From NCBI RefSeq assembly GCF_902652985.1, contig NC_047022.1, positions 5,022,001 to 5,086,000 on the forward strand: a stretch of DNA of 64,000 nt. The letters run 5' to 3'. The translations under genes and the position numbers were made by a program. The DNA is from Pecten maximus (lineage: Eukaryota). Each line of letters starts with the position of its first letter. Positions within the stretch are counted from its first letter, which is position 1. The notes under the pieces are model-generated. The model saw nothing but the letters and a program-made list of their open reading frames with translations, had not been told where the DNA came from and ran no database searches. Shown piece after piece: positions 26,110 to 40,306 of this stretch.

Positions 26110-29100
26110 TAAGCCATCAGGACCAGACGAAATTCTTCCGAAAGTCATTAAAGCCTTAAAAGCCCCTATATCTCCGTATAGATAAAACAATTAAGACGGT
26201 CTAAATTACGTCAGCACATTGGTTAAAATGCAAAAAATTCTACATATACATTACACGCGTCACACTTGTCAGAGCTAGCGGATCATTACAGTAAAATCAG
26301 TATGTTGTTTGTATTATGGGGGCCACATATAATAAAGGAGTAGTTATATACCAATAATAGCAAATAAAGAAACATTTACAAAAACAATTCCAACCATTCA
26401 GGATAGAAGATACATGACTCTATTATTGATGTTTAATCAAAACATAAAATTCCGAAAGAATGCTGCCCTGGGGTCATCCATTTCTTGTTTGGTAATGTCA
26501 GTTCCTATGTGCCAAATAGATCAAATATTTGCTCGAAATATAAGAGAGAGTCCAGCCTGATTAAAACATTTCTTGAGCATATCTAGATAGTGACACAAGT
26601 TTTTTTTTATTTAAGAAACTAGGTTAACAACTAGCTGCACTACATTTCAAACTCGAATGCTGTCTTAAAGCTTGATTTAATCATTGGCGGTGCTCATTTT
26701 TAGTCTAAAACCGTCCATATTTTGGAGAGAGAAAACTTTTGTTTCATAATTACAATAAAATGTTGCAATTTGAATTCTCTCATGACTTTAGCACAAATGA
26801 AATACTTTATACAGAAGGAAACTTTTATGTTATTTAGTATTATAAAATCCGCAGCTTCAATCACTGTTTTTCTGTCGTCTTATTTGGTTATCGAATTGAA
26901 TGAGTGAGACAGGAAGCAAAACAACTAGTTAACGCACTTCCAAGTAGTGTTGCGATGCTAGCTTTTATCATTTCCCATACATTTGAGGTATTTTATTAGA
27001 CAGACGACTTCCGTACCTGAGTCAATTCTTAATTATTTTAATTTGATTAGTAGATCTGTTATTACATTATCTAAGAGCAGTTTTTCACTTTAACTTTTTT
27101 TATATTTCCTTGGTAATCTAACACAAATGGTAACTTACACAGTGAATAGTATTCAAAATCGTTAATTGTTTCCAAAAGTGAGATTTGAATAAAGATCCTG
27201 ATGCTGAGAAAACAATCATATAAAACACTTCGTAATGATATTTTTATTCCACCCCAAGTTTCACTTTGATCGGGAAATGTTATGAGGATATCTAGTTATA
27301 TTGATATGGCCACTGACGTCACCAATAACAGTAAAATGTAGGTTTTTACATCAGATTATTCTAAAAATCATCACAAAGTGACTTTAAAAATGGGGGAGGG
27401 TGATAAATTGATCACATATTTTACAAGTGGTTAACTTAACCTAGCAAAGCTACATATTACAGTATGTTTTGATCATTACTCCCGTTTCTGGTATATTACG
27501 ATGTTAGTTATCCATTATGTATTGAAGGTTGCAAATGAAAGTTTTATGAATACGTGTGGTTCAAATTCTTCATATTTTTCTTTGAATTTGTATTTCCCTG
27601 TAATATAGTGTTATATTTTTTCTATCAAAGTGAGTTTTGGTTTTGATTTTTACATTTGATCTGATGATTCTACCGGGGTTGATCGACGGACGAAAGATGA
27701 ACTCAGCCGAAAAAGCGTTGGAGATTTTGATACTTCTTTAAAACCTGTATAAAGAGGTTTCAAATAACATTCCTTGGCGTAATGTTTCATTATTATTGAT
27801 ATGTAAACGTAAATTAAACACGAAGTGATCTACTTATTCCCTTGTAAAATCCGGTGCTTGGCATTCTGTGAAATATTTGAAATATTATATTGATGAGGTG
27901 ATAACTGACTTCCCAACAAGGTGAATATCAATTGCTTGTCCTAATATACACCAAGTTTGATATAAAAGCTCCACGTACGGTATATATATATATATAAGTA
28001 CAGGAAACCACATTAATATCATATAACATGTGTATTTTATATTAAGAGAAACCGTCTACATGTACACGTTAATATAAACGTGAGTTAGATAGAAAACAAC
28101 TTTATAGTCCACCCTTGTTTTACCATATCAATAAACGTAGATATCAGATTACATACCTTGGAGGGGGTGGATGAATTACTTCGTGAGAAAAATCAAATTG
28201 AATTAAATTCTATATTTTCGTTGACAAAGATGCGATTTATATATATATATATTTACCGATATTAAACATAATTTCAAGTTAATGGCTAATCAAATTGCGA
28301 TGTAACTGATATCTGTGTCTATACTCTGCTTTGAGCTCTTTTGCGACGGCGTCGACCCTTTTTGCACACTCCTTGTACATATTGTATCCTGTTATGTTTA
28401 GCTCAAAAAGTGTACATTCATCGATAACCAAGATTGTTTTAAGGACATCTAATCACAATCCTCATTTCCGTGCATTAATCATCCAAGATATTTGATCCAG
28501 TTTCTCTGGAAAATAAGGATATCGGAATTTGGACCTTGTCGTTTAGCTTTAAGATCAGTTTATCAATGGAACCACTGTTTTTCAAACTAAATCTACAACA
28601 AAGTTACATATGAGTACGAACATCTAAGAACATGCTACAGATTACATATATTAATGTATTGACTCTATGTCTATGTTTGTATCTATATTGCTTCAAGCTT
28701 CTTGTTTTTGGTGTCAGTCATACAATACTTTGATGTTGATGGGAAAACAAAAGACACAGACAATCATCTGCTCTGGTCTCATGTTGATAATTCAAGCTTA
28801 TATGACATTGTTAAGACATTTGATAACGTTTATTACTCCCCATAACTCGAAAAATATATTTTTTTAATTGACTCTTCATAGTCCTAAGGAGAGACAGAGA
28901 CTATTTGGGATCTGGAGTTATGACATATGAAAGCTCTTTTATTCTCTTTCCCAGTTGATGATTCAACCACACTCTGTTCAAATTGACAATGAATTTAAGC
29001 ACTTTTACAGTTAATTATTCAAACCAGCCCGTTGATCATATAGCTGCTGTATACTGATTCTAGTCCTTGTTTCGGCCTCAAATGATCGAAATATTTGATC

Positions 29101-30706
29101 AAATTTTAATCGTTCTGTAAGTACACAATCTGCCAAACTAGGTACCAACGTAAAATTACGTATCAGACATTAATGATAATCGGGGGCTTTCGTCTATCCG
29201 ACAAAGATAAATTTGTATCAAAAATAGTAATTTAACGATGTACAATCATTATATTGTGTCAGGTTTGAAACACCCATTCCAGAATTGTTCACATGTCTGT
29301 AACAATTATTGAGTTACGAATTATTGCGATTTTGAACGCAAGTTTTCCAAAAAGATGAATTACTATTTCTCTCATCACAGTTATCTGGGACTATCCAACG
29401 TTCTTGAACGAAACACATGAGAACACCTTAGTTGTTTAGCTAGAACTACGTACTTTCACCCATGAAAGGCAACTCAAAAAAAAACTTCTCTTGTCGCGGA
29501 GCAATGCATATTGTTTTCATCACACGAATTCATTTTCACATCTATCACCATTTAGTAATAGCAGAGTAACTGCACAATAATTATTATGAATACATTATTT
29601 ATTTATACAATAAAAACAGCGACATCCATGAAAATCACGATAAAATGAGCTAGAAAAACCTTACATCACCTGTAACCTATTAAAAGACACTAAGGAAATT
29701 AGTGCGAAAACAGAAAACGAAAGCTAATTAAAGGAGCTAAAACAGTGAAAACGTTCAAGAATTCTGTACTCTTTTAAAAAATTCAGCGTTTTACGTAACA
29801 TTTTGTTTAAGTGTACTTTGGCCACACATCTCGACGACGCCCATATTAATCATCAGGCAATGACACCCTTTCTCCATAAAAATCATAGTAGTCGACGCAT
29901 GCGGCAACATTAGAAATAACTTTTGCCCTTTTTTCAGTCCGGTACCTGATATTCTGGCACTTAGGTCTGAATTTATGTCGAAAGAAATGTTTCAATGTTA
30001 GAGAGTGGTAATAGTTAGGTAACTCATCGAGGTGAAAACGTCAAATAACGATTAAAATTAATGTTCATTTTTGCATTCTGTTATATACAAGTGAAGCTGA
30101 AGAAAAATGATGTTTATCAATCATGTTTATAGTGTACACTGAAATATTTTGGACATTGAAGCGGATATTTCGTTGTTTGAACATTAAAATCTATCAACCA
30201 TTTTATCTAAATTTCCCTTCTCTAATCCCACGTCCGTGTTCCGAAAGAAGGGGGGTAACACCTACTGACTTCAGCTTACAGTAATTCCAGACTTATGTTT
30301 CTAACCTAGAGTCGCAAATAGAATTCATAACCACAATCGATACTATGAACTTGTAACATCATCATAGCTATATTCACTTGTCTGTCAATAGCCAATCGAC
30401 AGTTTGTTGCTTTAGATATATTCCGGGCTACTACATCAAATGTGTAGAGTCGCTTGAAGCCAACATTGCGATACTATGCTAAACCCACTTATAAATAGTT
30501 TTCCGTTGTTTGAGTGTGGGTACTGGTAGTTGACAACAACTATACTTGTTTTGTGTTGTCTTGAAACAGACCTACCATGATTATTTTCAACAAATAGTTA
30601 TATTAGGGCAGCACGAGTCCATTGAATTAGCGGACGTAATCCTGTAGGAAGAAGGGCATAGGCCTCCAACATCCATTCTGAGTATCTGATATTGATACAT
30701 CTATAG

Positions 30707-30848
30707 TTCGAAACCTGCGTGGGGCAGTTGCCAGGTATTGACCGTAGGCCGGGTTTTTTATTCGGATACTCCGGCCTTCCTCCACATCCAAAACCTGGCA
30801 CGTTCCTAAATGACATTGGCTTTTGAAAGGACGTTAAACAAATAAACA
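30707..30848 (+). mobile_element. 5'-truncated tRNA-derived SINE
   Basis: Starts at the B box gttcgaaacc. Core and ggacgttaaac tail as in other copies. Confidence 0.85.
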
Positions 30849-33431
30849 ATCTATATGAAACAATTGCATTACATTTTTATACAGGACAACATTTATGAAT
30901 ATTTTCAAGGTAGATATTGTGGTGATTTTATAGATATTGGGATATTCCTCGTTCTCAGGTACACATGGGTACAAACCGGGCGATATATACATCTCAATTG
31001 TATCTACGTTTATGATTTGGGTCATTACATTAATCATGTGAGATAGTTCACAATTAAATTCATTCGAAAGATGGCAACATTTAAGGCAACAATGTTACAC
31101 GATTTGTAACTTTTTGTTCCTATTTTTCTATTCTGAATTTGATAAGAGCTTGACCTAAATTATCAGACATAGAGGAGTCTCAATACATCCCATCATAACA
31201 GTAATGGAGGTATCGGTCGACTTGAATAAGAATCGAAACATGAAAAGCGTGTTTGACTTCGAGAACTAGCCCAAAGGACTGGTCAGCATCACAAAGGCTA
31301 ATGATAGACAAGCCATTATCACAAGGGTGTATCAAAATAATTAACTTTGCCCAACAAAATTAACACAAATGATTTCATACTAGCATGACCGACTACCAAT
31401 TCAGATTTAAAATGCACATGTCTAATATATGACCAACATGTTGAACAACTTAGTTAGAAACGCCAGCAGGTTTTTAGATAAAATACACCGTTTATTTCAA
31501 ATTGTGTACATGCGGGTTTTATTTCATGTGCAAAAAATGTATCGTTGGATTTTGTTTCGTGGATTTTCTAAAACCTATTATTATTTGTCTCATTTTCCTA
31601 GAAAAAGTTTTGTCCACGATCTACATGTAGTCTTGCTCATTTGCTTATATATATATAACATGGCTGATATAACACATTGATGTCACAACTAAATAGGTCA
31701 CTATCTTCAAATGCAGGACGGACAAATAACAGTCATGTATAGGTGTACATCACACACAATCACGCATATCTCGAAAAAGATAACAAAAAAATGTTTGCAT
31801 AATTTGTTCACAAAGCATTTTTAAATTTTCATCTAACAAAAGGTTTCTTTCTATCATATTATAATTGTAATCTATCGTGAAGCAAAACGATATGGAAAAT
31901 GTTGTATCATAAGGTTAACGATTGACAAAAATGACCATGCAGAAAATAACATTACTTCCATTATTTCCTATTTTCTTTCACAAAAATATGATTACATGAA
32001 ATATATTAAATACCAAAGCTATTGCCAAACAATACAAAGATTACTAGCTGATTGAATCAATTTTATTTTGGATGTATACTCTTGGAACGGAAATGCCGTT
32101 GCTGAAATTAGGTTTAATTGCGATTTCATTTTATACTTCAAAATCCTTTTCCTGTGTTGTATTTTCAATTTACGATTTCCCCGCCTTTTAAGTTGTTTTC
32201 CAAATGCATTTTAGCATCCACACGTCATGTTGTGATGTCGCAACCTTTGGATAACCATATCACTTTACAGATTTTGAAATGTACAGTTATGAAACCTTTG
32301 TTGTTCGCAGTTTTGTGATTAAAGATGGTTGAATTGGATGAGGAGGATTGGAGTTTTCATTAGAATCCTCTATTTGTGTGGCTGGATCAACGGTATAGGC
32401 TTCAGCTTCGTGGGTCTCCATTGCTGTGGCTCTTGTAAATGAATGATGGCATGTAGGTGTTCCAAGAATTTTCAAATTGACAATTAAATGCAGAACCGAA
32501 GTAAGTAAGAAACAAGACGGTCAAATAAATTTGTAGGTCTTTATGTCCATCCGTACAACAACCATAACAATCTGACAACATAAATTATTCGGTGGATCAA
32601 AGATTCATCTAACCTACGATTCAATGAATATCGTAAATGTTGATATATTCCTCTTCAGCTGGTATGAAGTTTTTTATTCCTTTATCATAAATCTGTAAAC
32701 CTTACATAAACACTGATGTATCTACTTACGCTGTTGTAAAATCCATTGATTGGCTTTGTACGACTTAAACTGTAGTATCAAAAGCGTATAAAACAATATC
32801 ATTGGGAATATGATAGTAATGGAGTGGTATTTGACTTCTTATTTAGGTGGATATAGATAGTGTTACATATAGAAAGATAAATGTTTATATCTACCAAGAT
32901 GAGGTTTTGATTAGTTTGCGTGAACTCAACAAATCTATTCACTTGACTGTAACAGGAGTATGTTTTCTAACACAAGGAAAACAAATATAATAAAATTGTG
33001 GGTAGCGCGAGGAAATAGAACCCTGTTGTTTTTATATCAACAGGTGATCCAGACATTTTCCTCATATCTGTCCTTACACATTTGAAGATCTTGAACACAA
33101 AACCGGACAAAATGACACAAAGAAATTTAATAAAAAGAAAAATGTATGTTTGACTTACGAATAATTAACCATTGTTAATTTGAGTCGGTGCCAATATCAT
33201 ACCCGTAGTAAATTGTAATATATATTACACAATGTCCGTATACCATTATAATACATATTACACAATATCCGGATACAAATTCTATACATATTACAAAATA
33301 TTCGTTTGCAATTGAAATACATACACAACATCCATATAATATATTGTAATGCATATAACAATATCCGTATACAATTAAAATATATCTTACACGAAATTCG
33401 TATGTTATTGTAATCCAATATTCCACAAGCA

Positions 33432-33646
33432 TTGGTTTATTTTGTTTAACGTCATTTCAACAGCCATGGCCATTTCACGACGTGACTCGTTTTCGAAGTA
33501 GAGAAAAGCCGGAATAGCGGGGAAAAACAACCAGACTACGGTCAGTACCTTGAACCTCCCTACATGTGTTTCGATTGCACGACCCAGAGATGGAGGGCTA
33601 GTAATCAAGTGTCAAGACACCTTAACAACTTGGCCACTGCGGCTCC
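33432..33646 (-). mobile_element. tRNA-derived SINE, diverged, reverse orientation
   Basis: Reverse complement reads ggagccgcagtggccaagttgttaaggtgtc...gacgttaaacaaaataaaccaa. Confidence 0.85.
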
Positions 33647-33800
33647 AACTGTATACAATTGCCATACATTTAACAAAAGATCTGCATACAATTGTAATAC
33701 ATATTACTCAACATTCATATAGCATTGTAATACATATTACAATATCCGTATTCAATTGAAATACATATTATATAAAATGCGTATGTAATTATAATTCAGT

Positions 33801-33946
33801 GTTAACTATAACATTTTTTACGTTATTGAGCAATAACACAAAACACTGGGGTGTATTCTGAATAAACCGCGAAGTGGTTTATGAAAAGAGTACACCCCGG
33901 TTTTTTGTGTTATTGCTCAATAACGTAAAAACATTTTACAGTTAAC
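33801..33946. repeat. ~146-bp near-perfect palindrome (hairpin)
   Basis: gttaac...ttttacgttattgagcaataacacaaaacactggggtgta / tacaccccggttttttgtgttattgctcaataacgtaaaa...gttaac around an aaaccgc-gaa-gtggttt apex. Confidence 0.9.
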
Positions 33947-35739
33947 CCTTATAGTTTCATTAACAACGATAAGAAACATTTTTATCAAGTTTAACATGTT
34001 TATTTTGCTCCAGATATTTAAAAACACATCGATAAATACAAAATCCCGTGAACAACGATTACTTCACTATAACTGAAAGTAGTTCCTTTTATTTTTTTTA
34101 TGTTTTGAGATGATAACATAATTTTTTGAGCCAATGAAAAAGCTTGTTACAAGCAAAATTAAATCATTAGTATATAATTGTAATACAATATAGCACAACA
34201 TCAGTACACAATTGTAATACGTGCTACACAATACCTCTAAACAATTCAAATACATAAAAAACAATATCCGTATGCGATTCTAATACATATTGCACAATAC
34301 CCATATACAATTGCAATACATATTACACAATACCCATATACGATGGATACAACATGTTGAAATTGATGAGTTTGGTAATGTTTATTGCATAACATCTATT
34401 TACAAATATATGTTAACAATTATATATTACACAACATCTAGATACAATAACATATACACAACATCCGTGAAAAATATCATATAACAAAACATCCATATGC
34501 AATTATATATTCGTATATAATATAGTACACAAGATCTGTATATTTTTATCATATTACACAACTTCCGTTTACAATATCAGATTACACATCATCCGTATAT
34601 AATATCATATTACACTTACATATGTATATATTATTCTCTCATCCCTACCGGTATCATACTGGTCTGTCCAGGTAAATACACCCATGCTTGCTGTGTGTGT
34701 ATTACCTCGCTTCCGGTGTAGGATAGCCACGCGCGCGCAATGATACAAAAGTAGGTCGCCGGTACTTTAAATCTCTCCATGATTTAAACATTTCAACAAT
34801 ACATTGAATTAAGATATGTAATCAGATAATAATTTTTTTTTATTTATGATATAAATTATGTAAAAAAAAAAACACGTTCTTTTATTTTTTTTTTATTAAT
34901 AAAACATGGAACTATATTTTCACGCGAAAGAAGTGATTTGGCTTCGCTTGCAATGACAGGGCTGCTGAAACAACGTTAGACTGTGGAAATGAATGGTTTC
35001 CTTCGTTTTTAGAACAGCAAACGGCGTTTGCATATGTGGGGTATGGTAAATCGATTGGCACTGTTCTTTTTTTATTATATGCAGTAGAAAAAAGTTTGGA
35101 TTGAGAAAAATGGCGTCTATCTGAGAAAGCTATCGACAGATAGTGCCTATTTTTGCATATCTTAGGTTGGGGAATGAGAGAAAAATACTCAATCATATGT
35201 GGTTCATGTAGGATAGGGATATTCCACCCTCTGGGTCACAAAATGTTATAAAACCCTCGGCGGAGCCAGCTTCCGTATACAATACATAATATATAGTACA
35301 CAACATCCGTATACAATTGTAGCACAGTCGATGACAAATTTACTTTAGAAAATATATAAACATATATAACAAATAATACAGGGTATACCATGTATATATC
35401 CTCCTGTTCTATATACCATATGTATATATCTCTCTCTTCTCAATATCGTATAGATATCGCCTTATTTGTATAAACCATGTTTACATATCTTCCTCTTACA
35501 TTTACCATATATATACCTTCCTCTTCTATAAACCATTAATTTCTAAATTATAAAAACATTTAATAGTTTCGATCGTCGTCGACTTAATAGCAATCCCCAT
35601 TGCAATGATAATCGGGAGATCGAGAAAAGGTGATAAGATAAGAAAATATTCCTCTCATCCAAATCAGAACGCTTTTATTTGTTCCTGACAACAGGCGAAG
35701 GAGTATGAGTATGGAAGAAAAATGAAAAGAAGAAAGATG

Positions 35740-36835
35740 TCACGATGTCGGATTTTCTGCAGAAGTCTTAATTTTCTCTCGTTTAAAACAGTCCTTGTAA
35801 AACGATCTGACACGATTTGTACACGAAAATGATAGAGTAATCATAGCTCCCTGCAGATTCGACAGCACTTCAAAAACTAAAAGAAGTACATCGGACTGAG
35901 ACATTATTGCAGTAATTCCTATAATCCAGCTAAACCCCATAATTGTTGATATTTTCATGAAGACTATCATTTTGGACTTGTAACCTTCATTCTTTCTGAT
36001 TTGCTGAAAGTTTGAAGATCTCTTAGTTCAGAATTAAAGCGATATGGAAAGAGAAACATGAAAACAAATGCGCCTAACAATGAAAAATGATGAGCAAATC
36101 CAACCCATTCACAAACATCAGTTGGAACTGCAAAGTTGGATAAAAGAAAGAAGCAGGTTTGGGCAAGAAGTAAGAATATAACAAGGACAATCAACAGATC
36201 GGTTTTTCCATCCCGGAAAAAGGGAATAACACAAAACTGAATCAGACAATAAATCATACAGACTATCGATATAGACGCACATGCTGTGTTTATATTACTT
36301 CTGTAGCTGTCCATAGTGTTATGATGTTGATAATCCACATGATATTTCGATAAAAACGTATCAATACCCAAACAGTAGTCTCCGTTCGCGAATACAGCAT
36401 CCATAGGTGAAATGGAAATCCCTTGCAGATGAAAGTACGGAAGTGATGTAACTTCACTGTTAGATTCGTTTCCACTATGCTGTAGTTTCACTGCAGGACA
36501 CGGCAAATCATTGTCGACGGATATCATCTCAAAAAGAAATGGTTTCGGGTTACGAACAGAAGTATTCGTCTTACAGGACATATTTTGTATATCTGCTTTA
36601 TGTCTAATAACGCTTCCATCTGTGTTTCTTACAGAGAAGTTATTGAAATATGCTGCTGTCCACGAACTTTCAGATTCGAGCTTATCACCAGCGAGTATAA
36701 GTCCTTTGATATGCTGGTATATATGAATTACAGAGCAAACTTCTTCTGTATCAGTTGTTATCCCCGATATGATATCTGGTTTCCTAAGAGAACCCGCATT
36801 ATACAGTAGAAACGACCCCGTACGAAATTAAAGGC
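35740..36835 (-). pseudogene. Partial tandem pseudo-copy of the receptor's exon 2, with ~240-bp internal deletion and frameshift
   Basis: ORFs 35967-36581 and 35740-35970 match the 37027-38406 protein (MISVDNDLPCPAVKLQ..., KIST.MGFSW, SNLQGA). ERMKVT is joined directly to the pre-TM6 segment out of frame. Confidence 0.9.
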
Positions 36836-37026
36836 ATATTGTCATCACAATGTGTGGTGAACGCCTTAATCCGCCAGAAAGGAAAATTAAACAACAGGTA
36901 GTAACCAGCACAATCAGACCTGAAAATTAACACTTCTTGATCAAAACCACTTCAGGGTCATTTCAGGCAAATATGAGCTGAAATCTAGTTGTGAAACTTT
37001 TGTCGAATTTGTGAAGAAGAAAAATC

Positions 37027-40000
37027 TCAAGATCTCGTACTTTCAGCTGACGAATTATTTTCGACTCGTTGAAAACAGTCTTTGTAAAATGACCTAACTC
37101 GATTCGTACACGAAAAAGAAATTGTAATGAATGCTCCTTGCAAATTTGAAAACACTTCAAAAACTAAACAGAGTATATCGGACTCAGACAGTATTGCAAC
37201 AATTCCAATAAGCCAACTAAACCCCATAACTGTTGATATTTTGATTAAGACTATCGCATTAGACTTAGTTGAATTGGCGAAAATTGATGTAGATGATACA
37301 TAGCGAATAATACAAATAAACAAAGTGGCGTTCCCACACAAAATCAAAAATACTGGGATAACGAAACCAAATAATACGACGTATGTTTGTGTAATAAAAC
37401 AGAAATGTCCACCATACCATTTCTCTGTAGGTGTTAGAATTATGTTTGTAATTCTAATACTGATAATGACAAATATAGGTAAGGTAACACCAACCAATAT
37501 GTATCTAACTGTAACCTTCATTCTCTCTGATCTGCTGAAAGTTTGAAGATCTCTTATCTCAGCATTTAAGCGATATGGACAAAGAAACATGAAAACAAAT
37601 GCACATAACCATGTGAAATGATGAATTATCCCAACCCATTCACAAACATTATTTGCAATTTCAAAATGAGACACGAAAAAGAAGCAGATTTGGGCGAGAA
37701 GTAAAAACAATATAAGGACGAGTAACAGATCGGACTTTCCTTCCCGTAAAATAGGAATGACACAATACTGAACCAGACAATAAATCATACAGATTATCGA
37801 TATAGACGCACATGCTGTGTTTATATTACTTCTGTAGCTGTCCATAGGGCCGTGCTGTTGATAATCCACATGATATTTCGATAAAAACGTATCGATACAT
37901 AAAAAGTAGTCCCCGTTCGCAAACACAACGTCCGAAAGAGAAACAGACAGCCCTTCCAGATGAAAGTCAGAAAGTGATGCATGTTCCATCTCAACTTCGC
38001 TGTTAGATCCGTTTTCGCTATACTGTAATTTCACTGCAGGACAGGGTAAATCATTGTCAACGGATATCATCTCAAGAAGAAATAATGGGTCACGAAGGGT
38101 AGCATTTGTTCTACATGACAAATTATTTGTACTCGCTATGTGTTTCATAACGCTACCATCTGTGTTTCGTACCGTGAAGTTATTGAAATATTGTGCTGTC
38201 CACGACCTTTCAGATTCGAGTGTATCACCAGTGAGTACAATTCCTTTCACGTGAAGATATATATGTATGACAGAACATACTTCTTCTGTATTCCATGTTA
38301 TCCCCGATATTATATCTGGATTTCCAAGAGACAGCGTATTATATTTTAGTCGCGATCCGGTACTATTCCTTAAAGCTGTCATCAAAGTGTCTATTATATT
38401 TCGCAAGCTTTGATATAACGTTCTGTCAGCTTTAGAATCTTTATTTACCTCAAACAGGAGCTCTAGTACGCAACCGTCACTTTTAAAATGTATATCAACA
38501 CATTCTCCACCGGATGGTTCTGAACGGGCGGGGCAGTATAAACGACGACAGCCGATCTGATAAAATTAAAACATGATAAGTATGTACAATTGCGTAAAGT
38601 TCATATAATCTGATAAATTAGATACATCTTATACTGGATAATGAATAAAAAACTGTGTTATACAGCTGTTTCTTCATGTAAGTACTCACCATTGATACAA
38701 TATATGCAACGAATACAATGCAATTCTCAAAACGAGAAACCGATAAAGCATTTTTCAGGAAAGTAAAACAAGATACCCATGTTCATATGAGTATCAGTTT
38801 TAACAGTAGCGTAGGACAATGATATCCATGATATTATCCCGTTTTTAGTATAAATCCACTAAGAAATTGTTTTCCAAAACATCAGTATAAGTCATCAACA
38901 TGTAACTACTTGTCTAAAGTAACCGTTTCACCCCAAAAGTAATATTTTCCTCCATTTTGGTGGTTGGTCGCTATTGTAAAAAAATTCTTACGGGGGTTTG
39001 TCTGAACGCCGAAAATTTTATTGGAGATAAATTTGCTTTGGCATTGATTACAGTCTATCCCATTAAATAGGTCTCAGTCCCAAAAGTTCGGCCAATAAGA
39101 TTTTACAAAATTACCTAAAGAAGATACATTTATTCAATCATGCAACATTGTAGAGAGTGATACACCATTAGCTATCATGAAATTCGTATTAGATACTACA
39201 CAAATATGTCGTCTAACATGCAAACTATATTTCTGGATCTCCCTTACCCAAAAATGACCTGTCATAAATTTTATCACAATTTTTGCTCCTTATCGGTTAG
39301 CTTGTAAGCATCATGATGGTAGTTTGACTTTTATCAGAAATATTTTCACATAAACGTCTAAATTTCTTACCTCAGTGCATAATTCAATTTCTTCGTTTTT
39401 ACATTTCGTTTCTCTTCTTCGAAACACAGACGAAAAATCTATAAGGTTGCTCAGTGTGACTGCAAAACTAATTTTGTCTTGAAATAATAAGGCACACGAT
39501 GTGAAATGCAAAATCTCCTGATACTTAGGACCCTCAATATCAATAAGACATTGTAAAGTTCTGAAAAAGCGGAGATGTTGTCCTTGTTGAACAACTATTG
39601 GACTGACCACGCGATTCCGACAGGTTGAGTTCCTGGCTCTTTCAGAAATGTTTGTTATTATCCTGTAGTCGAATTCCTGATAGCAGTAATTTACTGTTAC
39701 ATCTTTAGGTGGTATGTAGCGGTAACTACAAAGGTCACTTTGGAGTTTAGTCATCATTACGTCAAAAACAGAAAGCGATGGTGGTTGGCTCTCTGGAAAG
39801 CATTCGATCTCCAAAAACCATGGTATATAATTTTGGACACCGTGACATTTGGCACAATGGTGATTTTTGAAAGTTAAATTGGTGCTAGTATCAACAACTG
39901 GCAATATGTCCCGAACATCAGTGTCCGTATACAGTTCACAGGCTTGCCTGGTATCTATGTCACTATCCCATGAATCAGGACAGGACGATATCATAAACGC

Positions 40001-40306
40001 CCCCTGTCTTAAGAAATTCTCTTTGAAAGAAATGATTTCACATGTTGTCACTTGAAAGTATTGACGGTGTTGATCTTCTTCACTCATTTCTTTCCAATCC
40101 CCTGTAATAGCTAGAGCATCAAAACAACAGTTATCATAGTAAACACACATATGGTCACAGCTACAGTAGACATTCTTTGGATCACTATCACAAGAGTAGA
40201 ATGTTTGCTTACAAATTTCAAGATGATGTAGAAAGTATTCTGTGTCTCCGCACACACACAACGTCATCGATATGCAGAAAAACCAAAAATCCGAAATCGA
40301 AATCAT
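37027..40306 (-). CDS. Somatomedin-B-like/Cys-rich ectodomain class B (adhesion/methuselah-like) 7TM receptor, ~821 aa; exons 40306-39371 and 38556-37027
   Basis: Signal peptide MISISDFWFFCISMTLCVCG and SMB motif CSCDHMCVYYDNCCFD. Phase-0 intron (GAG|gtaag ... ttttatcag|ATC) joins in frame. Seven hydrophobic helices with class B signatures (CEWVGIIHHFTWLCAFVFM, VMGFSWLIG, FSNLQGAFI). Confidence 0.9.

Larger units (their letters stand above)
22085..26180 (+). pseudogene. CR1/L2-like LINE ORF2 fragment (22085-22380 + 26110-26180) split by a HINE insertion
   Basis: Rejoined flanks read ITEQDIEDQITILNE-N-KPSGPDEILPKVIKALKAPISP, the pre-RT K..GPD.I motif. PNKW*KL...IPPL lies upstream. Confidence 0.75.
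33196..34630. repeat. Degenerate ~33-bp minisatellite interrupted by a SINE and other insertions
   Basis: Unit ~atacatattacacaatatccgtatacaattgta. Resumes after each insertion and again at ~35270-35325. Confidence 0.8.
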
